This document shows, piece after piece, positions 8,481 through 20,207 of a stretch of 64,000 nt of DNA. The stretch covers positions 587,825 through 651,824 of the forward strand of contig JBFWNL010000001.1 in the NCBI GenBank assembly GCA_050251055.1. Direction: 5' to 3'. Position numbers and translations under genes: made by a program. Origin of the DNA: Bacteriovoracia bacterium. Lineage in GTDB: Bacteria; Bdellovibrionota; UBA1018; JBFWNL01. Under the pieces are notes generated by a model. The model did no database searches. It worked only from the letters and a program-made list of their open reading frames with translations, and had not been told where the DNA came from. How positions within the stretch are numbered: position 1 is the stretch's first letter; the number at the start of each line of letters is the position of its first letter.

Positions 8481-9083
8481 TTAGGGCCACAGGTCGTCGG
8501 CCGGCTTCTCTAACTTCGCCAGACTCTCTTCGAACTTCGTCAACTTCGCTCGATGCCGGTCTTCAATCGCCTTTCGCTTGACCTGAATTTCCCGGGTCCG
8601 CGATAGTCGATCCTTAGCCACTAAGTCGACGTGAGCGCGGCGAGCCTGTTCTTGCTCAAGCAAGAACTGCCGGCGCTCGGAAGGACCTCGATTCGCCTCG
8701 AAAAACTCCTGCTTTCGGCGGGCCTGCTCGGCCTCCCAAGCACGAAGCACGGCCGCTTCGTCGGCTTTCATTTCTGCCAGCTCTAGCTCGTTTTGGTGAT
8801 CAAAGGCTTTCAGCCGCGATGCGATCGCCCGCTGGAATTCGGCGCGCAGTTGGCGGGCGTCCTCCGCGGTAATTTTCACCGGCGCGGGCTTCGGCGGTTC
8901 GGCCGCTAGGCGCGCGGCCTTTTCTTTCTCGGAAGGTTCGGGCGGACCGAAGATCTCGCGGGTGCCTTCGCCCCACGCGACTTCGGCCGGGAACAAACCC
9001 AGCCGAAGCCCGTAGGCGATGGAAGAAAAAAACCAAAAAATCCGGGTGGCGCTACTTAATGATCTGAACCTTAGCAATGGCAT
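8481..9083 (-). CDS. Hypothetical exported coiled-coil protein
   Basis: Hydrophobic N-terminus followed by E/K/R-rich helical sequence. Start uncertain. Confidence 0.6.
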   Translation of the reverse strand: MPLLRFRSLSSATRIFWFFSSIAYGLRLGLFPAEVAWGEGTREIFGPPEPSEKEKAARLAAEPPKPAPVKITAEDARQLRAEFQRAIASRLKAFDHQNELELAEMKADEAAVLRAWEAEQARRKQEFFEANRGPSERRQFLLEQEQARRAHVDLVAKDRLSRTREIQVKRKAIEDRHRAKLTKFEESLAKLEKPADDLWP

Positions 9084-10761
9084 AGCCCCAGCCGACCACG
9101 CTGTAATCGCTCGTCAGGCGAATTCTTAAGTTTTCGCCCGCCACATGCTCGCTGACGTAATCGGTATGGGATCCCGAGATCGTTTCGACGATTTGGCCTT
9201 CGGCCGTCTCGATCGTCACCGGGTCATATTCGGCTTCCGTATCGATCTTTGAAAATATCACGCGGACATACTTCGCGCCCGGCTGCGTGATCACATACTC
9301 CAACGTTTGATTGAGTTCGTACGGATGCGCGGTTTCGTAGTTGAGCTCCACGTCCTGCCATTCATCCGGCTTCGGCCCGTCTTTCGGCGGATAGAACCCC
9401 TTCATAGCGTTGTCGGTGCTGATCCGGCCTTCGGCCACGAGCTTGTTTTTCAATCCCGCGATCGGCTCGCTCGACTTAATCAAACGGGTCTTGAGCTCGC
9501 CGTAGGTCCACTCGGGATGCACGGAAAGCATCAACGCCGCCGCGCCCGCCACGTGGGGGGTCGCCATCGAGGTACCGCTGAAAGAGGCGTATTTGCCACC
9601 CTTCGTCGTGCTGTACACGTTCACGCCCGGAGCTGCCACGTGAACCGTGGTCTTGCCGTAGTTCGAGAACTTGGCCAGCACGTCGAGGTTGTCCAATGCC
9701 GCCACGGAAAGCACGTTGTCGACCTTGTAATTCGATGGATAGTGCGGTCGCGCGTCGTTATCGCCAGCGTTGTTGCCGGCGGCCGCGACGAAGAGGATGC
9801 CGGCTTTCTCGGCCGCTTTGATCGCGTCCTCAAGCGCCTTGGAAGCGCCGCCCCCACCCCAGCTATTGCTCATCACGTTCACCTTCATCAGGGTCGCGTA
9901 GTTAATCGAGTCGACGGCGTCTTCCGTGGTGCCACTGCCGTTCGCCGCCAGGAACTTGATTGGCATGAGCGATACATTCCAGTTCACGCCCGCCACGCCG
10001 ATCTTGTTGTCGCCAACGGCGCCGATCGTGCCCGCGCAGTGCGAGCCGTGATCGTGATCATCCGACGAGTTGGCGTTGTCGCCCGCGAAGTTCCAGCCGT
10101 GGACGTCGTCGATGAAACCGTTGCCGTCATCGTCCTTACCGTTATCCGGGATTTCGTTCGGGTTCGTGTAGAGGTTGGCCTCCAGATCCGGATGCGTCCA
10201 GTCGATGCCCGTGTCGATCACCGCCACCACGACTTTCTTGCTACCCGTCACGCCCGCGTCCCAAAGCTTGGCGACTTGGATATCAGATCCCGCTTTACCC
10301 TTCTGGCCCTTGGGATCTTCTTGGCCCGTATTGTTCAAACCCCAGCATTTTCCGAAATCGGCGTCATTCGGCATCGCCTGCGCCGAGAGGTCGGTCGTGC
10401 GGTAGATGTAGTTTGGCTCCGCATACGCCACCGCGGAATCCGCTTGCAGCGCCGCGATGGCTTTCGCGAGCTGGCCATCGGACGCGATCTTTACGGTGTG
10501 CATACTCGCGTCGGTGCGGGAAGCGCGCACGTCCAGTACCGCTTGCTCTCCTAGCGTCCGCGCCAAGCTTGCCGTCACCACCGAGCGCGCGGCCATTAAA
10601 CCCTGTCCATCGTGCAACTTAACGATGATTTCGCCCGGTACGTGCTCCGCGTACAAATCCGTCGTCGCGGCGGCTTCGTGAAACGAGCCCGCGCCCACGC
10701 CAGCAAGTAACGCCGCCGAAGCAAAGAGTCCTAGTAGTTTTTTTGAAATTCCTTTTGCCAT
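9052..10761 (-). CDS. Secreted S8 subtilisin-like serine protease with prodomain and C-terminal CUB-like domain
   Basis: Triad VIDTG / HGSHCAG / GTSMATP; C-terminal ETAHPY...IRLTSDYSVVGWGY; signal peptide; RBS GGAGG before ATG 10761. Confidence 0.93.
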   Translation of the reverse strand: MAKGISKKLLGLFASAALLAGVGAGSFHEAAATTDLYAEHVPGEIIVKLHDGQGLMAARSVVTASLARTLGEQAVLDVRASRTDASMHTVKIASDGQLAKAIAALQADSAVAYAEPNYIYRTTDLSAQAMPNDADFGKCWGLNNTGQEDPKGQKGKAGSDIQVAKLWDAGVTGSKKVVVAVIDTGIDWTHPDLEANLYTNPNEIPDNGKDDDGNGFIDDVHGWNFAGDNANSSDDHDHGSHCAGTIGAVGDNKIGVAGVNWNVSLMPIKFLAANGSGTTEDAVDSINYATLMKVNVMSNSWGGGGASKALEDAIKAAEKAGILFVAAAGNNAGDNDARPHYPSNYKVDNVLSVAALDNLDVLAKFSNYGKTTVHVAAPGVNVYSTTKGGKYASFSGTSMATPHVAGAAALMLSVHPEWTYGELKTRLIKSSEPIAGLKNKLVAEGRISTDNAMKGFYPPKDGPKPDEWQDVELNYETAHPYELNQTLEYVITQPGAKYVRVIFSKIDTEAEYDPVTIETAEGQIVETISGSHTDYVSEHVAGENLRIRLTSDYSVVGWGYAIAKVQIIK

Positions 10762-11059
10762 CTTTCCCTCCGTTGGAAATCGCGCTTGCGCCTGCTTGGG
10801 CAAGCAAATCAAAGCTCGGTGGCACCCGACGACAACAGCACAACCAAGCCCTGAATTGCTTGGACACCGGGACCTCGCCTAGAGAACCCGCTGTCCAGCA
10901 GCTTTCGGCGCGCGTCCATGCATCACCAAAAATAAGAAACAGTGAAATCTTAACGAAGCGGGAAGCAGAGTCAATGGGCCGACGCTCGCGCGAGTGAATA
11001 AACCGTTAACGACACCGGATCGTCGGTTTTTTGACGCTCAGACGGCGCGGGGACGGACT

Positions 11060-12727
11060 TCATGGAATGAAGTCGACGCGATCAATCTTGAATCCATACC
11101 CGGGAGAATCGCCAGAGGGGCTTTTCAGCCGGACCACGACCGTGTCCCCGTCTAGGTAGTCACTGGTAACCACCGCGTGCTCGCCCGACCAGGACTGATA
11201 CGCGTCGCCTTCGGGGGTCTCCAACGTGACTACGTCCCGCGGATTCCGCGTTTCGATACGCTCAAAATGCACCCGAATCTTGCGGGCTCCCGCGCGACGA
11301 ACGACAAACGAATAGTTCTTATAGATTTTGTACGGATGCGGGCTCTCGAAAACCTCCAGCTCGCGTTTCCAATCACCCTCGGCAGGATCCGTCCGGTCGG
11401 GAAATACTCCGTCCAACGCGTGCTCCGCATTCACGCGGCCCCGGGCGGCGACTTCGCGCCGGAGCTGAGGGACCGGGTCGCTCGCACGGATCAAACGGTC
11501 CTTAATCTCGGCAAACGTCCATTCTGGACGGGCGGCCCAAAGCAACGCGGCCACCCCCGCCACGTGCGGCGTTGCCATCGAGGTTCCGCTCATGTTCGCG
11601 TACGTCTTTTGGTTGGTCGTACTGAGCACGTAGAGTCCTGGCGCCGCCACGTGCACGGAGCGCGCGCCCCGATTGGAAAACGACGCCAGCTGATCGCGGT
11701 TGTCCGTCGCCGCTACCGTCACCACGTTCGTCAGCGAATAACTCGCCGGATAGCGCGGGGTCTCGTCGATATTGTCCGCCTCGTTACCCGCGGCCACGAC
11801 GAAGAGAATGCCCGCGTCGCGAGCAGCGGCGATCTCCTCCTCCAATGCCTTTGAGTAAGTATCCCCTCCCCAACTGTTGCTCATGATGTGAACGCCGAGC
11901 TTTCGTGCGTAATACACGGACTCGATCGCATCCTCGGTCGAGCCATAGCCGCTGGAATTCAGGAACTTCACCGGTACGAGGGCAACCCGCCAATTCACCC
12001 CCACCACGCCAATCTGATTGTCGCCGACCGCGCCGATCGTGCCGGCGCAGTGGCTCCCGTGCCCATGGTCGTCGTCGGAGGCGCCTGAGTTCTTAATCGC
12101 GTTCCAACCATGGACGTCGTCCACGTAGCCGTTGCCGTCGTCGTCCTTACCGTTACCGGGGATCTCCCCCGGATTCCGGTAGAGGTTCGCTGCCAGATCG
12201 GGATGGTCGTGATCGATGCCCGTGTCGATCACGGCAACCTTCACCTCGCGGCTGCCCACGAGCCCCCGCTCCCAAAGCCGGGTGACCCGGACATCGGAAC
12301 CGGGTTTTCCGACTTGCCGACCCGGATCTTTTTGGCCGGTATTCTGGAGCCCCCAAAGCAGGGGCAGTCCTTTGTCGTTCGGCAGGCCACCCACCGTTTG
12401 GATTCGATAGAACGCCTGCGGCTCGGCGTACCGGACTTCGGGCATTTCACGTATCGCGCGTAGAGCAGGAGCGAAATTTGAGGCGCGCTCAACGCGGACG
12501 ACCGCAAGCGGGCGATCCGTGCGAACGCGACGAATCTCGGTAAAGCCCCGGTAGCCCAAGGCGGCATCCAAACGACGAGCCAACTCCCCTTCCACAAGTC
12601 CCGGTTGATCTTGATGAAAGCGCACGAGGATCTCGCGCGACACTGGCAGTTCCGCCACCGGAAAGGGCACGACCGCTTCGGCCGTGGCCGCACTCACGAG
12701 CCCCAGCAGGAACAAGCCACGCCTCAC
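11060..12727 (-). CDS. Second S8 subtilisin-like protease with CUB-like domain (tandem paralog)
   Basis: VIDTG / HGSHCAG / GTSMATP, ESPHPY CUB-like region. GTG 12727 overlaps the recJ TGA. Confidence 0.92.
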   Translation of the reverse strand: MRRGLFLLGLVSAATAEAVVPFPVAELPVSREILVRFHQDQPGLVEGELARRLDAALGYRGFTEIRRVRTDRPLAVVRVERASNFAPALRAIREMPEVRYAEPQAFYRIQTVGGLPNDKGLPLLWGLQNTGQKDPGRQVGKPGSDVRVTRLWERGLVGSREVKVAVIDTGIDHDHPDLAANLYRNPGEIPGNGKDDDGNGYVDDVHGWNAIKNSGASDDDHGHGSHCAGTIGAVGDNQIGVVGVNWRVALVPVKFLNSSGYGSTEDAIESVYYARKLGVHIMSNSWGGDTYSKALEEEIAAARDAGILFVVAAGNEADNIDETPRYPASYSLTNVVTVAATDNRDQLASFSNRGARSVHVAAPGLYVLSTTNQKTYANMSGTSMATPHVAGVAALLWAARPEWTFAEIKDRLIRASDPVPQLRREVAARGRVNAEHALDGVFPDRTDPAEGDWKRELEVFESPHPYKIYKNYSFVVRRAGARKIRVHFERIETRNPRDVVTLETPEGDAYQSWSGEHAVVTSDYLDGDTVVVRLKSPSGDSPGYGFKIDRVDFIP

Positions 12728-14529
12728 GCGTTTCCCTCCGGCCCCCGGGGCCGCCAGGCCTTCACGCGAAAGGTGGGCGTCACCCGTCCCATGAATCGAT
12801 TCAGCTCGGGCACCCCCGCCCACTCGGAAATACCCGCTTCGCGTTCAACTCGTTCAATCTGCTCCGCCGAATGAAACCAAATGGCTTCCATTGTTTTTCC
12901 CGAAGTGCCGGTGGAGTCCGCATTTAGCCGCATCTTCACGTGCCGCCCCTTCAAGAGCTGCTTGCTCTGCACGCTCGCGCGCACCCGGAAGACCGGTTCC
13001 GGATTACCGGGACCGAAGGGCGCGAGGGATTCGAGCTCCTCTAGAGTACGTGAATCGAAGTCGGAAAGCCCGCAATCGCCCTCCAACATAAGATCGGTGA
13101 GATTGCGCTCGGCTGGGAGCGCCCCGACAACCTCGTCGAAATGAAGGGCAAACTCCTCGAGTTTTTCGGGCGTCACGGTGAGTCCCGCGGCGAACTTGTG
13201 GCCACCGAAGCCCCGCAGGTCCGCGGCGCAGGCCTGTAAGGCCTGAAGCACGTTCTTACCGCCGAAGGAGCGCACGCTTCCCTTGCCGAAATCCTCCCGG
13301 ATGGCAATCACGATCGCAGGCTTGTGGTAAGCATCTACGACCCGAGAAGCCACGATACCCACCACGCCTTCGTGCCAGCCGGGATCCCCGACTACGACGG
13401 CATGCTGAAATCTTCCCTCGGCAAGGCCTCGATCCACGCGCGCCTTCACCTCGTCCCAAATGCGGTTTTGAATCTCCATACGCTCGGCGTTCACCCGCTC
13501 CAGGGTTTGCGCAAGCTCGATCCCCCGGGCGGAATCCCGCGTGGTCAGAGTCTCCAGGGCGATGCTCGCCGAACCAATGCGACCGGAAGCATTGATGCGC
13601 GGACCGAGCACGAAGCCTAAGTGTCCCGGGCTTAGAGTACGATTGGAAATGCCGGCCGCCTCCATCAAGGCACGGAAACCGGGTTTCTTGGAGTTTTGCA
13701 ATACCTTCAAGCCGTGATGCACGAGCGTGCGGTTGTCACCCGTCAGCGGAACCTGATCGGCCGCGGTGGCGAGCACCACCAAATCCAGATGTTGCTTTAG
13801 GTTTGGGGTCTGACCATCACCAAACCAACCCTGGTCGCGCCCGTGCGCGCGAATCGCCATGCAGAAATAGAAAGCCAGTCCGCACCCACAGAGCTGCCGC
13901 AAGCCGCTGGGGCAGTCGGCGCGCTGCGGATTGAGGACCGCGTGCGCGGCGGGCAGACCCCGAAGCGCGTCCACCTGATGGTGATCGACGACGATGAGAT
14001 CCACGCCCAGCTCGTTCGCCCGCGCGATGGCGTCAAAGCTCGTTATGCCGCAATCCACCGTCACCATCAAACGCACGCCATCCGCCGCCGCGGCTTCCAC
14101 CGCCCCGACGTTCAAGCCGTAGCCGTCCTTGAAGCGATCGGGCTGGGTGGCCGAGAAATTCAAACCCAGATCCCGAAAAAACCAGGTCAGCAGGGCCGCT
14201 GCCGTCGTGCCGTCTACGTCATAGTCCCCGTAAACCAGGATTTTTTCACCCGCCGCGCGCGCGCCGGCGATCCGGGCAACGGCCTTCTCCATGTCTTGGA
14301 TGCGAAACGGGTCGGTGAGGGTTTCGAGCGACGGATGTAGGTGGCTGCGAATGGCCACGGCGTCGGTCAGGCCACGCTGCAAACAAACCCGCAACGTGAT
14401 GGGGGAAAGGCCGGTTTCCCGCTCGAGCTCGGCGATGCGCGCGGAAAGGGCCGATTCGTCGCCCGGCCACTCCGAGCGAACCCGCCACGTCCGTTCCGCT
14501 CGAGGCGTTTCCCGAACAACGTCTGACAC
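12724..14529 (-). CDS. recJ: Single-stranded-DNA-specific exonuclease RecJ
   Basis: GDYDVDG, VTVDCG, VDHH, GPRINASGR, FGGHKFAAG, LAPFGPGNPEP. Confidence 0.96.
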   Translation of the reverse strand: MSDVVRETPRAERTWRVRSEWPGDESALSARIAELERETGLSPITLRVCLQRGLTDAVAIRSHLHPSLETLTDPFRIQDMEKAVARIAGARAAGEKILVYGDYDVDGTTAAALLTWFFRDLGLNFSATQPDRFKDGYGLNVGAVEAAAADGVRLMVTVDCGITSFDAIARANELGVDLIVVDHHQVDALRGLPAAHAVLNPQRADCPSGLRQLCGCGLAFYFCMAIRAHGRDQGWFGDGQTPNLKQHLDLVVLATAADQVPLTGDNRTLVHHGLKVLQNSKKPGFRALMEAAGISNRTLSPGHLGFVLGPRINASGRIGSASIALETLTTRDSARGIELAQTLERVNAERMEIQNRIWDEVKARVDRGLAEGRFQHAVVVGDPGWHEGVVGIVASRVVDAYHKPAIVIAIREDFGKGSVRSFGGKNVLQALQACAADLRGFGGHKFAAGLTVTPEKLEEFALHFDEVVGALPAERNLTDLMLEGDCGLSDFDSRTLEELESLAPFGPGNPEPVFRVRASVQSKQLLKGRHVKMRLNADSTGTSGKTMEAIWFHSAEQIERVEREAGISEWAGVPELNRFMGRVTPTFRVKAWRPRGPEGNA

Positions 14530-14561
14530 TGCTACCGCCCTTTTTTCCGGCTCACGCCGGC

Positions 14562-15557
14562 TTAGTTCTGGAACTTCGGCTCGCCGCGTACTTCGTAACG
14601 CTTGCGCTTGCCGCCGCTCATCTTCATCTTCTGGTCCCGCTTCTGCTGATACTTAGTCAGGGTGATCACCAACGCGCTGGCGATGAAAACTGATGAGTAA
14701 GCGCCCACCACAATCCCGACCATCAGACAGAAGGCGAAGTTCTCAAGCACGGATCCGCCAAACCACCAGAGCGCGGAAACCGTCAAGAACGTCGTGAGCG
14801 AAGTAACGATCGTGCGGCCTAGGGTTTCGTTGATGGCGCGATTGACGACTTGTTCGATCGTCATGTTCGGATGCTGATGCGTAGTCTCCCGCACGCGATC
14901 GAACACGATGATCGTGTCGTTGTTGGAATAACCGATCAACGCCAAGATCGCGGCCAAGATCGTCAGGTCGAACTGCTTACCCGTGAGGATGAAAACCAAG
15001 AGCGTGATCACGCTATCGTGAAAGAGCGCAATGACGGCGCCTGGCGCGTAACGCGTGTCAAAGCGGATCGCGACGTAAACCAGGATGGCCAGGAGCGCGT
15101 AGAACATGGCCAAGAAGCCTTTTTTGCGCAGCAGTCCCCCCGCTTGTGGCCCAACGACATCCACGCGCAATACCGAGCCATCGCCGAAGGTCTGCGTGAA
15201 GAGTCCCGTCAGTTGCTTGGAAACGGCGTCGAGCGCCTTTTCCTCGGCGGCCGCGTCGCCCGTTTCGGCGCCTTTGGCCTTCACGATGAATTCGTGCGCC
15301 GAAGGATCACCGACTTGTTGCACCTTTGGATCCACGATCCCGCTTTTCTCCAACAAGCCGCGCACCTTGCCGATGTCCCAATCCGCGTTCGTCTTCACCT
15401 GAACCTCCGCACCGCCCGTGAAGTCGATGCCGTAGTTCAAGCCCTTCGTGAAGAGCATGGCGAAGGCCGCGATCATGCCCACGGCCGAGATGCCGACCCA
15501 GATGTGTCGTTTGCCGACGAAGTCGAAGTTAGTACCCGGTTTAACGATATTAAACAT
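14562..15557 (-). CDS. secF: Protein translocase subunit SecF
   Basis: LNYGIDFTGG, IGYSNNDTIIVFDRVRE, TLGRTIVTS. Confidence 0.96.
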   Translation of the reverse strand: MFNIVKPGTNFDFVGKRHIWVGISAVGMIAAFAMLFTKGLNYGIDFTGGAEVQVKTNADWDIGKVRGLLEKSGIVDPKVQQVGDPSAHEFIVKAKGAETGDAAAEEKALDAVSKQLTGLFTQTFGDGSVLRVDVVGPQAGGLLRKKGFLAMFYALLAILVYVAIRFDTRYAPGAVIALFHDSVITLLVFILTGKQFDLTILAAILALIGYSNNDTIIVFDRVRETTHQHPNMTIEQVVNRAINETLGRTIVTSLTTFLTVSALWWFGGSVLENFAFCLMVGIVVGAYSSVFIASALVITLTKYQQKRDQKMKMSGGKRKRYEVRGEPKFQN

Positions 15558-15565
15558 GCGTCCGC

Positions 15566-17299
15566 CTATATGCTCAATTGGGCCGAAGGCCGGCCTTCCA
15601 AACGTTTCAGATAAAGGTCGAAAAACACCTTACATACGAAGACCGCCGTGAACATCGTGGTCACGATACCGATGAGCATCGTGATGGCGAAGCCCTTGAT
15701 CGGGCCGGTGCCGAAGTTCAGCAGTACGAGCGCCGCGGCGGCGTTCGTCACGTTGGCGTCCAAGATGGTACGCAACGCTTTCTGGAAGCCCGCTTCCACG
15801 GCGCCGGCAATGGCCTTGCCGGCTCGCAGTTCCTCTCGAATACGCTCGTAGATGACGACGTTTGAATCCACGGCGATCCCCACCGTGAGCGCGATCCCCG
15901 CGATGCCCGGCAGGGTCAATGTCGCCTCCAGTCCCACCAACACGGCAAGGACGAAGATGATGTTCATGATCAGCGAAACCACCGCGATCACTCCGCTCAT
16001 CCGGTAATAAAAGATCGTGAAGAGAAACACCGCCAACACGCCGATAAGGCTCGCCATGCCGCCCAGACGGATGGAGTCCTGACCGAGCGACGGGCCGATT
16101 ACACGCTGCTCTAGAAACTCGAGCTGCGCCGGTAGCGCGCCCGCGCGCAGGACGATCGACAGGTCCTTGGCTTCCTTCATCAAGTCATTGCGATTCCCCC
16201 TGCCGAGGGTGATCTGGCCGCGACCTCCACCGATCTCCGTTTGGATGACCGGCGCGGAATGGATGATGTTATCGAGCACGATCGCCAGGCGTTCCTGGAT
16301 GTGCGCTTTCGTGAGCGCGCCGAAGAGCACGGCTCCGCGCGGATTGAGCGTGAAGCCCACCGACGGGGTGTTGTCATTCGGATCAAACTGCACCTGCGCG
16401 TCCTGAAGGTGCTCGCCGGTAACTTCCGCCTTATCGATCACGAGGTACGGCACCACGCTCAAGGTTTCGCCCGTCGGGGTCGTCTCGCGGGAAAACGCCA
16501 GCGAATCTCCCGCCGGAAGCTTGCCCTTGGCATACTCGTTCATTTTACGCGTGTAATCCGCGAAGCTCGCGGCCCCCTTGAAAGAGATCTTATGCTCGGT
16601 CTCGATTTGATTGATCAGCGCCATCAGCTGCGGCGGCGGCATGCGCTTATCGTCGACGATCTTGAACTCGAGCTTCGCCGTGCGGCCGATCAGGCCCTTG
16701 GCGCGCTCGACGTCCTTAACGCCCGGTAACTCGATGACGACGCGGTCGGTGCCCTGGCTCGCGATCGTGGGCTCGGAAACGCCGAATTCGTCAATACGGT
16801 TGCGGATCACTTCGATACTTTGATCGATCGTCTTTTCGCGCACGTCCGCGCGGTACTGGTGGCTTAAACCCAGCTCGAACTTGCCCTTCTCGTCCGCGGT
16901 AATCCGGAGGGTCCAAAATTCGTCTTTGAGAATCTGGTAAACGGCGTCGTGCTTGGCGCCGTCGTATTCGAAGGAAACGCGTGGGTCTTCCTTCTGTTCG
17001 GTGTCGCCTTCCTTCTTCAAGAAGGTTTGGAAATTTTTCGCGTCGACGTGTTTTTCGCGCAGACGGGTTTCGATGCCGTGGGCCTGGCGATCAACGACGT
17101 CTTTATAGACCTTGTTGAAGTCGACGCCCATCACCATGTAAAGGCCGCCCTGCAGATCGAGCCCCAAATTAATCTTCTGCTTGAAGAAGAATTTAGACTT
17201 CTCCACGTCCATGCTACTGAGCGTGGGATACACATAGAGCCCGGCCAAAGCCGTGCAAAGCACGAGGAAGAATGTCTTCCACCACCACGTCCGTTCCAT
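15566..17299 (-). CDS. secD: Protein translocase subunit SecD
   Basis: LGLDLQGG, IRNRIDEFGVSEP, LRAGALPA, AVDSNVVIYERIREE. Confidence 0.96.
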   Translation of the reverse strand: MERTWWWKTFFLVLCTALAGLYVYPTLSSMDVEKSKFFFKQKINLGLDLQGGLYMVMGVDFNKVYKDVVDRQAHGIETRLREKHVDAKNFQTFLKKEGDTEQKEDPRVSFEYDGAKHDAVYQILKDEFWTLRITADEKGKFELGLSHQYRADVREKTIDQSIEVIRNRIDEFGVSEPTIASQGTDRVVIELPGVKDVERAKGLIGRTAKLEFKIVDDKRMPPPQLMALINQIETEHKISFKGAASFADYTRKMNEYAKGKLPAGDSLAFSRETTPTGETLSVVPYLVIDKAEVTGEHLQDAQVQFDPNDNTPSVGFTLNPRGAVLFGALTKAHIQERLAIVLDNIIHSAPVIQTEIGGGRGQITLGRGNRNDLMKEAKDLSIVLRAGALPAQLEFLEQRVIGPSLGQDSIRLGGMASLIGVLAVFLFTIFYYRMSGVIAVVSLIMNIIFVLAVLVGLEATLTLPGIAGIALTVGIAVDSNVVIYERIREELRAGKAIAGAVEAGFQKALRTILDANVTNAAAALVLLNFGTGPIKGFAITMLIGIVTTMFTAVFVCKVFFDLYLKRLEGRPSAQLSI

Positions 17300-17325
17300 C
17301 GAAGAGTCCCCCTAGACCGTAAAGA

Positions 17326-18916
<1,591 letters not shown>

Positions 18917-18938
18917 CTATATGCCACGTTTCCCGGGC

Positions 18939-20048
18939 TTAAGGAAGGTAGTCGTAACCGATGGTTAAATGATGCCCCCGAACCGCCTGCAAAGCCGCCC
19001 CATTGAGCTGAATGCGATTCACGGGCGGAAGATAGGTATACCCATCGAGCGCGTCGTGGGCGACCGGCTGGCCGTCGATCTCGACCGTCAGCGTATCGTC
19101 GAGCGGAACGAAGCTCAGGGCGTACTGCTGATCCACGTGCGTAGAAAGGTCATCCCCCAGGGCCACGAGCGCGTCGGAGAAATCGCTAGCTACGTTGAAC
19201 GGCGTGCTCATCAGCTGGGCCGCCGCCAGTAGATAAATCTGTGGGTAAAGCAGGTTCACGCTCGGGTAAGTTTGGCCAGTGGGCGGTTGATTGAGGTTTA
19301 GCGCGAAATCGAAACGGTACGCCCCCGCACTCGCGCCCTTCACGCCTTGCACGCGCGCAAGCATGCGGTCGATACGCATTTGGGCGCTGTCGGCCGATGA
19401 ACCGGAATGAGTGGGCGCCCCGATGCACTCATCTTCGTCGGAGATCACCACGAGCGAAAGCATGGCGTCGTCGCGGATAAAACCCGCGTTCGCGCCGCCC
19501 GACCCCAATCGTTCGGGAGCCAGCGTTTCGTAAATGGATTGCAAACCTTGTTCGTAAGAAGATCCACTCGTACCCACCGCCACGTCGGCCGCAAATCGGC
19601 TCACCAGATTCGGCGTCGTGGGCGTGAGATAGCGGCTGTTAGACCGGGAGAGAAGCTTGCCGGGACCGGGATCCTGGTACCCCTGAAATGCGCCGCTCGT
19701 CGCGCTCCAGTAGCCGGCTTGGGACGTGGGCGTGACATCGGTCGTGACGATCCCGACGTGGAAGTCGAGGTCTTTCATTAGAAATCCGGAGATAAAATCC
19801 GCGAAGGTCGCCTGGAGCTGCGCCTGCTCATCGGCCATGGATCCCGAGTTATCCACGACGAAAAGGATATCGATCTTAGGTTGGGCAAGCGGAACGTCGT
19901 AGTGGTCCTCGCCCCGCAGCGCGCCGGTTTGATTCTGATTAGGCGTGGGGGTTCCGTTCGTTTGCGAACGGAAGGCCGAAAGCGGCTGGGTACAGCCTAG
20001 CCCGAAAAACAGAAGCAAGATTATGCTAAATCGATGGTGACCAACCAT
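18939..20048 (-). CDS. vWA (MIDAS) domain lipoprotein
   Basis: Lipobox FGLG-C; KIDILFVVDNSGSM MIDAS motif, HVGIVTTD, VVISDEDE. Confidence 0.85.
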   Translation of the reverse strand: MVGHHRFSIILLLFFGLGCTQPLSAFRSQTNGTPTPNQNQTGALRGEDHYDVPLAQPKIDILFVVDNSGSMADEQAQLQATFADFISGFLMKDLDFHVGIVTTDVTPTSQAGYWSATSGAFQGYQDPGPGKLLSRSNSRYLTPTTPNLVSRFAADVAVGTSGSSYEQGLQSIYETLAPERLGSGGANAGFIRDDAMLSLVVISDEDECIGAPTHSGSSADSAQMRIDRMLARVQGVKGASAGAYRFDFALNLNQPPTGQTYPSVNLLYPQIYLLAAAQLMSTPFNVASDFSDALVALGDDLSTHVDQQYALSFVPLDDTLTVEIDGQPVAHDALDGYTYLPPVNRIQLNGAALQAVRGHHLTIGYDYLP

Positions 20049-20077
20049 TTACTCGCCCTCACACTTCCCCTCTCTAG

Positions 20078-20093
20078 TGCAAGACGGAGGCCG
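20078..20093 (-). promoter_or_regulatory. Putative sigma54 promoter of the vWA lipoprotein gene
   Basis: CGGCCTCCGTCTTGCA (GG-N10-GC); GTC..GAC palindrome-like site GTGTCAAATCTTTAGAC at ~20162-20178 as a possible enhancer. Confidence 0.5.
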
Positions 20094-20207
20094 CCGCGAA
20101 CCCGGCCAGAAAACGCCTAGAACACGACTCTCGGGGGCAGATCGAACAACCCGCCCCCAGGGTGTCAAATCTTTAGACGGTGTTTTCCGCGCAAAAACGC
20201 CGAAAAT

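Noticed and set aside
9307-10554. 415-aa + strand ORF, and similar long antisense ORFs at 27006-28547, 52011-52856, 52959-53897 and 14850-15614
   Set aside because: These are shadow ORFs opposite well-supported genes, expected from GC-rich codon bias; no recognisable motifs.
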